Assembly (NCBI GenBank): GCA_004556965.1
Contig: SFFE01000011.1
Location: forward strand, 6,394 to 38,393
Direction of reading: 5' to 3'
Length of the DNA: 32,000 bases
Source of the DNA: Clostridiales bacterium
GTDB taxonomy: Bacteria; Bacillota; Clostridia; Oscillospirales; Oscillospiraceae
In this document: piece by piece, positions 31,056 to 32,000 of the stretch
Numbering within the stretch: the stretch's first letter is position 1
Layout: each line of letters starts with the position of its first letter
Made by a program: the position numbers and the translations under genes
The notes under the pieces: model-generated
Databases searched by the model: none
Told to the model about the DNA's origin: nothing
The model's input: only the letters and a program-made list of their open reading frames with translations

Positions 31056-32000
31056 TCATTGTGTGGGATGGGTGGAATCGCTGCCGCTGTCCGCGCTGCC
31101 GTCCGTATCCGGACGGACTTCGGCTTCCGGCGCCGGTTCGCCGGCTTCGGCGAGCGCCGCGCGGCGGACGTACAGTTCCGGCTGCTGCCTGCGGCGCAGC
31201 AGCACCACGAGCAGCACAACGGCCACAACGGCCGACAGTGCGGCCAGAAGCTGCGAGACCCGGATCATCGTGCCGGGGATGTACAGGCTGTCGGTGCGCA
31301 GCCCCTCGATCATGGCGCGGCCGACGCCGTACCACGCGACGTAGAGCAGCGTGACCTCGCCGTCGAATTTGCGTTCGTGCTTTTGATAGTAGAAGTGCAG
31401 GAACAGAAAACCGGCGAAATTCCACAGGCTCTCGTACAAAAACGTGGGGTGAACGTAAATGGGGGCTTTGCCCGGCACGGTCAGCCCCATGCGGCAGAAG
31501 ACGGTCGTCTCCCGGCCGAAGGCCTCGCGGTTGATGAAGTTGCCCCAGCGCCCGATGCACTGGCCGATGAGCAGGCCGTACATGGCGATGTCGCCCAGCG
31601 CGCCGACCGGGATGCGCTTTTTGCGGCTCCAGACGAGCGCCAGCAGCACGCCTGCGATGATGCCGCCGTAGATGGCCAGCCCCCCTTCCCAGACCTTGAA
31701 GATGTCCGCCGGGCGGGCGAGATAGTCCGGGAGGTTGAACAGCACATAGTACAGCCGCGCGCCGATGATCGCCGTCGGGATCAGCCAGAGGACGTAGTCG
31801 AACAGATCGTCGCTGGAGATGCCGGCAAACGCCTTGCTACGGCGGGAGCAGTAGAGAATGCCGAGGATGAAGCCGAGCGCGATGATCGCGCCGTACCAGT
31901 AGAAGGTGTGGCCGAAGAGCTGGAACGACGCCGGGGGGTTGATGGAAAAGTTGCCGAACATGGGGAAGCTGATGCTCGCTTCCCGCAGCATGGTTTGCAT
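31056..32000 (-). CDS. lgt: Prolipoprotein diacylglyceryl transferase with a Pro/Glu/Ser-rich C-terminal extension
   Basis: FYWYGAIIALGF, GARLYYV, WEGGLAIYGG and GRWGNFINREAFG motifs. The first ATG sits exactly at the window edge, so the true start cannot be verified. Confidence 0.9.
   Translation of the reverse strand: MQTMLREASISFPMFGNFSINPPASFQLFGHTFYWYGAIIALGFILGILYCSRRSKAFAGISSDDLFDYVLWLIPTAIIGARLYYVLFNLPDYLARPADIFKVWEGGLAIYGGIIAGVLLALVWSRKKRIPVGALGDIAMYGLLIGQCIGRWGNFINREAFGRETTVFCRMGLTVPGKAPIYVHPTFLYESLWNFAGFLFLHFYYQKHERKFDGEVTLLYVAWYGVGRAMIEGLRTDSLYIPGTMIRVSQLLAALSAVVAVVLLVVLLRRRQQPELYVRRAALAEAGEPAPEAEVRPDTDGSADSGSDSTHPTQ

Overview
GC-rich (by eye >60% GC) chromosomal segment that looks like core genome of a high-GC Clostridia (Oscillospirales-like) bacterium. 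I see no prophage, IS element, CRISPR array or recognisable defence island. The real genes fall into three groups. (1) Methionine/SAM: metK behind a textbook SAM-I riboswitch, and a split B12-dependent methionine synthase operon (activation-domain protein, MetH, and a bifunctional homocysteine methyltransferase/MTHFR). (2) Cell envelope: a class A PBP, a 5xSH3b-NlpC/P60 hydrolase, a GH25 lipoprotein muramidase, an SLH-anchored S8 protease, an SLH-anchored protein with 16 Cys-rich repeats, and lgt. (3) Housekeeping: ppk1, gdhA, a threonine aldolase-like enzyme, a CDF metal exporter, a lone hypB, a URO-D family protein, a YitT membrane protein, two small XRE regulators and a tRNA-Thr/tRNA-Tyr operon. 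Most long ORFs in the supplied track are antisense shadow ORFs caused by the high GC content. The unexplained signal is in the intergenic RNA-level features. The best candidate is a convergent pair downstream of metK: a 25-codon ORF and an antisense sRNA, each with a near-consensus promoter, sharing a terminator, with the Shine-Dalgarno sequestered in a hairpin. This is a candidate type I toxin-antitoxin module and is not in the ORF track. Other features are a dispersed intergenic element of about 115 nt with covarying hairpins (three copies, one inside the tRNA operon spacer), a domain of about 205 nt closed by a long helix and followed by a terminator, and a 288-nt hairpin-dense leader with a duplicated 35-nt terminator-like hairpin upstream of the CDF gene. 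There is also an AT-rich acyltransferase gene fragment plus an (AT)9 repeat next to the tRNAs. All functional calls come from motif recognition by eye. No database search was run.
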